Assembly (NCBI GenBank): GCA_012862495.1
Contig: BLSG01000282.1
Coordinates: forward strand, 32,848 to 69,564
Direction of reading: 5' to 3'
DNA: 36,717 bases
From: Thraustochytrium aureum
Lineage: Eukaryota
The notes under the pieces are model-generated. The model was given only the letters and a program-made list of their open reading frames with translations, had not been told where the DNA came from and did no database searches. The position numbers and the translations under genes were made by a program. Shown piece after piece: positions 32,578-36,717 of the stretch. Within the stretch, counting starts at the first letter, position 1. Each line of letters opens with the position of its first letter.

Positions 32578-34106
32578 ACAATCAGCACATGGGCTTGAGC
32601 GTTTCGCTCGGTATGCAGGAATCACGCAGGAATCACAGTCAATGCATTGGTTGGTATTGAACTTGGGCTATGGTAACAAAGTGGTCAGTACATTCAGGTC
32701 GTTGCAGAGCTTTGCGCGCAGCGGGAGCGCACGACAAGTCGGTGCGCTCCCTTGCTCGCTCAGACGCGCAGCAAGAGCAGCGGCGTCGGCCTCGTCAACA
32801 CAAACGNNNNNNNNNNNNNNNNNNNNNNNNNNNNNNNNNNNNNNNNNNNNNNNNNNNNNNNNNNNNNNNNNNNNNNNNNNNNNNNNNNNNNNNNNNNNNN
32901 NNNNNNNNNNNNNNNNNNNNNNNNNNNNNNNNNNNNNNNNNNNNNNNNNNNNNNNNNNNNNNNNNNNNNNNNNNNNNNNNNNNNNNNNNNNNNNNNNNNN
33001 NNNNNNNNNNNNNNNNNNNNNNNNNNNNNNNNNNNNNNNNNNNNNNNNNNNNNNNNNNNNNNNNNNNNNNNNNNNNNNNNNNNNNNNNNNNNNNNNNNNN
33101 NNNNNNNNNNNNNNNNNNNNNNNNNNNNNNNNNNNNNNNNNNNNNNNNNNNNNNNNNNNNNNNNNNNNNNNNNNNNNNNNNNNNNNNNNNNNNNNNNNNN
33201 NNNNNNNNNNNNNNNNNNNNNNNNNNNNNNNNNNNNNNNNNNNNNNNNNNNNNNNNNNNNNNNNNNNNNNNNNNNNNNNNNNNNNNNNNNNNNNNNNNNN
33301 NNNNNNNNNNNNNNNNNNNNNNNNNNNNNNNNNNNNNNNNNNNNNNNNNNNNNNNNNNNNNNNNNNNNNNNNNNNNNNNNNNNNNNNNNNNNNNNNNNNN
33401 NNNNNNNNNNNNNNNNNNNNNNNNNNNNNNNNCGCGCCAGAACGAAATCTCTCCAGCCGCTTCGGCCGTGAGCGCCTCGCTCCCCATAGAAGGTCGTGAC
33501 GATACTGGCGCTGAATGGGGTTGGTCGGCTTGCCGCGGCTCGCGCATGAACGGCGCGCACATCGCTCCGTCCGAAACTCGTGTCCGCCGCCGCTGCTCGC
33601 TCTTGTTCGCGCCGCGCCTCGCTCGCGTCAGCGCGGCTTTCGTCAGGGCTTGGCCCGCGGTGCATTTCTGGCGGAGGCGTCGCGCCGAGGCTCTTGGCTC
33701 GGAAAAGGGTTGTACTTACTCTCGCTTGCCTTCACTGATCAGCACGCCTGCAAGCGCCATCCAGTTGCGACGCTCGCGGCACGGAGGACTTGCTTGGCTC
33801 GATGATGACTCTGGCCACCGTCGTCATGACTCGGTGGCTGGCTGGTGATGAAGGTGGTGCGGGCTGGTGGCGCCGGAACGCGTCGCTGGGGTGGAGCGAT
33901 TGGCAGTGAGTGGGTCATGCATGCATCACGCGCCGAATGAGGGAGGGAGGTTTCAGTGGGGCCTGTCCCGACCGGAGATGGGTCGAACGAAGCCTCTGCA
34001 CACTGCGCAAACCAGGCGTGCACGAGCACCAACCCACTCGTGTCAGTTGAAAGCTGTTGAAAGTTGAAAGCCGTTCAGGACTGATGGACCACAATGTTGG
34101 GTATAA

Positions 34107-34320
34107 CTATTGACATTTCGTATAGAAACACCTCGAATGTTCTCTCAATATACTTCTATTGAACCTTGATATATTGATGACGAAAGGAAGGATAGAATTA
34201 GGAAAATTCAGTATCCGTTTGCAGAGGTGTTGAATTTCAGTATCTGTCGAGCCTGCGTAGTATTGAAATTCAGTATCCTGTTCCACGAGTATCCGTTGTC
34301 TAGTATTGACGTTCAGTATT
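34107..34320. repeat. AT-rich island with spaced, imperfect-palindromic repeats, consensus TATTGA(A/C)NTTCAGTAT
   Basis: TTCAGTAT cores at 34207, 34236, 34269 and 34312, separated by non-repeated sequence. Weaker CTATTGA copies at 34107 and 34156. Confidence 0.7.
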
Positions 34321-34418
34321 ACCTCTTTCCCCACAGCGTTCCCGCCAACCCCTCAAGCCCCAGAACTGCATCGGCCGTTTCAGGGAAAAGTGGCGACCGC
34401 GTTCCTGGTCCTCCCCCA

Positions 34419-34567
34419 CACAAACACTTGAAAGCTAGCATCTTTCTTCCTCACAAACACTTGAAAGCTAGCATCTTTCCTTCTCACAAAACTTGAAAGC
34501 TAGCATCTTTCCTTCTCACAAAACTTGAAAGCTAGAGTCTTTCCTCCTCACAAAACTTGAAAGCTAG
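34419..34567. repeat. 32-33-bp minisatellite CACAAA(C)ACTTGAAAGCTAGCATCTTTCYTYCT, about 4.6 copies
   Basis: Units start at 34419, 34452, 34485, 34517 and 34549; followed by the palindrome GCTTTTTAAAAAGC. Confidence 0.95.
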
Positions 34568-34879
34568 CTGCTTTTTAAAAAGCTGATTGCTTTTAAAAAG
34601 AAGCAACCAGCTTCTGCTAGGAAGCCCTGTGCTTGGGGGCCTGTAGGAGGGCCGTGTCTGGGGCCCAGAGTGCGTCAAGGACAGGGCAGCCAGCACACCC
34701 TCCCAGCACGCAGACTCCCTTCGCGGGCGGAGCTGCAGGAGCCGCGCGGCTGTCGCCGTGGCCTCGTGTACGTGCGCTTGCGGCTCGCGTCCTCTGTCCT
34801 TTGCTTGCTGTTTGCGTCGTCTCTGCGCTCCTGGATTTACGGCCGCCCGCTGTCGCCTCGGGTGGGGTGTACGGCGGCC

Positions 34880-36717
34880 ATGTCGCCACGGTCGTGCACC
34901 GCGTGGACAAAGTGGCTCGGCCGAGCTGCAGTGGCGGCGGCGGTGCTGGCCGCGCGCCGGGCGCAGAGCAGGCGGCTCGTGATGGGAGACTTTCATCAAT
35001 GCGTGGTGGACACGGACGGGGAGGTCTACTGCTTTGGAGCGAACACGTTTGGGCAGTGTGGAAACGGGGCCACGGACGCCGAAGGAGGAAACCCCGCCGC
35101 TGGCGACATGGCGCCCGTGATCAGCCGCTCGCAAAGCGAAACGCAGGCGTTCAGGTCAAGGACGTCGCGTTGGGCGCTGAGTTCTCGTGCATGCTGTGGG
35201 AGGACGGCGACGTGACTTGCTTTGGGAGCGGAGCCTCGGGAGCTCTGGGCCAAGGCGACACAGTCAACATCATTTCGCGCGCCAGGCTCGAGCAGCTCGC
35301 CCCCATCAGGTTCGCAAACGGCAGCCCGCTCAAAGCCAAGATGATCGCAGCGGGAGGGCTGGTTGTCGCCGTGGTAACGGAGGACAACCAAGTCTTCGTC
35401 TGGGGCAAGTGCGACCGCGGCCTCTTTTGCGGGTCCGCCCAGACCCTCGCGCTCGAGACGCGGCCACGAAATCCTGTCAACCTCGGCAGCCTCGGCGGCG
35501 GCACCCCGATCGTCGACCTCTCGTGCCACGTTTTTCTTGGAGAGGGCAACTGCGGCGTCGTTTTTGGCAACGGCCAGGCTTTCATGTGGGGCGAAGGCGC
35601 TGACGGCCGGCTTGGAGTGCAAAGCAGCCTCGACTTGCAAGACCCGGCGAGCGGATCCAACGTCGACTTTGCTGCTCTGGGCGCGATCGCCAAGCTCGCT
35701 GTCGGCCAGCAGCACTCATGCGCGCTCGCCCAAGACGGCGAGCTCCTCTGCTTCGGCAACACTGCAACAAACAAGGTGGGCCAGTGCATAGACAGCGAAA
35801 CGCCGCGCCCTGCGGAGCGCGGGTCTGCATCGCTCGCGCCCAGCGGCCTCAAAGTCATTCAGGTATCGGTTGGCGCCAAGCACACCTGCGTGCTGCTGAG
35901 CTCTGCCGAGCTGCGCTGCATCGGAAACAACTTTGGCGAGCTCGGCCTCGGCGCAAACGACGGCACAGGAGCAGGCGACCAAGTGTGCCGCTCGATCGAG
36001 CTGACCCCATCGGTCGACTTTGCCACTCCGGAGCTCACCGAAGTCGACGTCGCCACCAACCCAGTTGTTCAGATCGGCGCTGCAGCAGAGCGGACGTGCG
36101 CCATGTTCAAGGGCGGCGAGGTGATGTGCTTTGGCCGCAACAGCGGCAACGGGGCCAAAGCGCAGCTTGGAAACAGGATCGCCGCCGCGCGTCGGAACTT
36201 TGTGACTACGCAGGGGCTCCCAATGCAGAACCAGCTCATCGCAGAGCTCCCCCCGCTGCCGCCGACCTTCTCGCCGACGGCGTCACCCACGACAGCGCTG
36301 CCAACCGTGACGCCGACCGATGCGCCGACGCGGACGCCTACCACAACGCCCACGGTAGCTCCGACATTGTCGCCAACGACAGCGAATCCGACTCGCTCGC
36401 CGACGCTCAACCCGCCGCTTGGGTCGCCCACGGGGTCGCCCACCGCGCGCCCTTCGCAATCCCCTTCGCCAAAGCCCACGGCGTTCCCGACCAACTCCCC
36501 GTCTGCCGGCCCGACCGGCAGTCCTGCTGGCTCCACACCACCCCCCACGGTCGGCTCGGAAGGCAGCGGCTCAGGACAAGAGCCCGGCGACGGCTCGGGC
36601 GATGCTGGCGACGAAGTACCCATCGGCGCCATCGTTGGCGGCGTTCTGGGCGGCGTTCTCGGGTGCTGTCTCCTCGTGTTCTGCTTGTTGTGGTGCCGCA
36701 AGGCCCGCTTCGAGCCA
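34880..36717 (+). CDS. Type I membrane protein: signal peptide, RCC1/BLIP-II repeats, Pro/Thr-rich stalk, TM helix; 3'-truncated by the window; one -1 frameshift at ~35150
   Basis: ggccATG at 34880 and signal-like WLGRAAVAAAVLAA. Repeats GDFHQCVVDTDGEVYCFGANTFGQCG, VALGAEFSCMLWEDGDVTCFGSGASGALG, LAVGQQHSCALAQDGELLCFG, VSVGAKHTCVLL..LRCIGNNFGELG and IGAAAERTCAMFKGGEVMCFGRN. PT/SPT stalk at 36250-36550. TM IGAIVGGVLGGVLGCCLLVFCLLWC-RK at 36622-36700. The main frame (35161 to the end) has no stop, so it is missing from the ORF track. Confidence 0.88.

Larger units (their letters stand above)
3135..33432. other. Eight scaffold N-gaps: 3135-3282, 6849-7226, 14471-14950, 18009-18520, 20667-21003, 27078-27353, 30443-31333, 32807-33432
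   Basis: Runs of N; several abut repeats or very GC-rich sequence. Confidence 0.99.

Noticed and set aside
34419..34567. CRISPR-like array (contains TTGAAAG, similar to CRISPR repeat ends)
   Set aside because: The sequence between the TTGAAAG words is itself repeated, so this is a tandem minisatellite.
2410..35160. Classical programmed -1 ribosomal frameshifting, Euplotes-type stop-codon frameshifting, or stop-codon reassignment
   Set aside because: No shared slippery heptamer or AAA-stop motif at the junctions. The frame changes occur well before the stops, and TAA, TAG and TGA all end genes normally here.

Overview
GC-rich, gene-dense, intron-poor eukaryotic nuclear DNA from a scaffolded draft with 8 N-gaps. 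Short GT/GC-AG introns with GCTGAC branch sites, an AP2 factor and a PT-stalk surface protein suggest a protist, possibly a stramenopile such as a labyrinthulomycete (inference only). Eight protein-coding genes are supported: (1) a SENP6/7/Ulp2-type SUMO protease with a ~900-codon insertion in its catalytic domain; (2) a small conserved protein with a GC-AG intron; (3) a giant neurobeachin/LRBA-like BEACH protein with an extra galactose-binding-like domain; (4) a Q-rich double-AP2 transcription factor; (5) peptidyl-tRNA hydrolase 2; (6) a membrane-anchored AsmA-like + C2 + PH protein, a candidate contact-site lipid-transfer tether; (7) a degenerate G-alpha-like, tail-anchored pseudo-GTPase; (8) a type I membrane protein with an extracellular RCC1/BLIP-II propeller, truncated by the window end. 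Four of these otherwise intact-looking genes are broken by about 12 single-base frameshifts, mostly -1. These are most likely sequencing or assembly indels, but recoding or editing cannot be excluded from DNA alone. Non-coding features include two minisatellites, an AT-rich island with spaced palindromic repeats, a decayed ankyrin-like relic and microsatellites. No rRNA, tRNA, CRISPR array or transposase was recognised. All family assignments come from reading motifs by eye; no database search was run.
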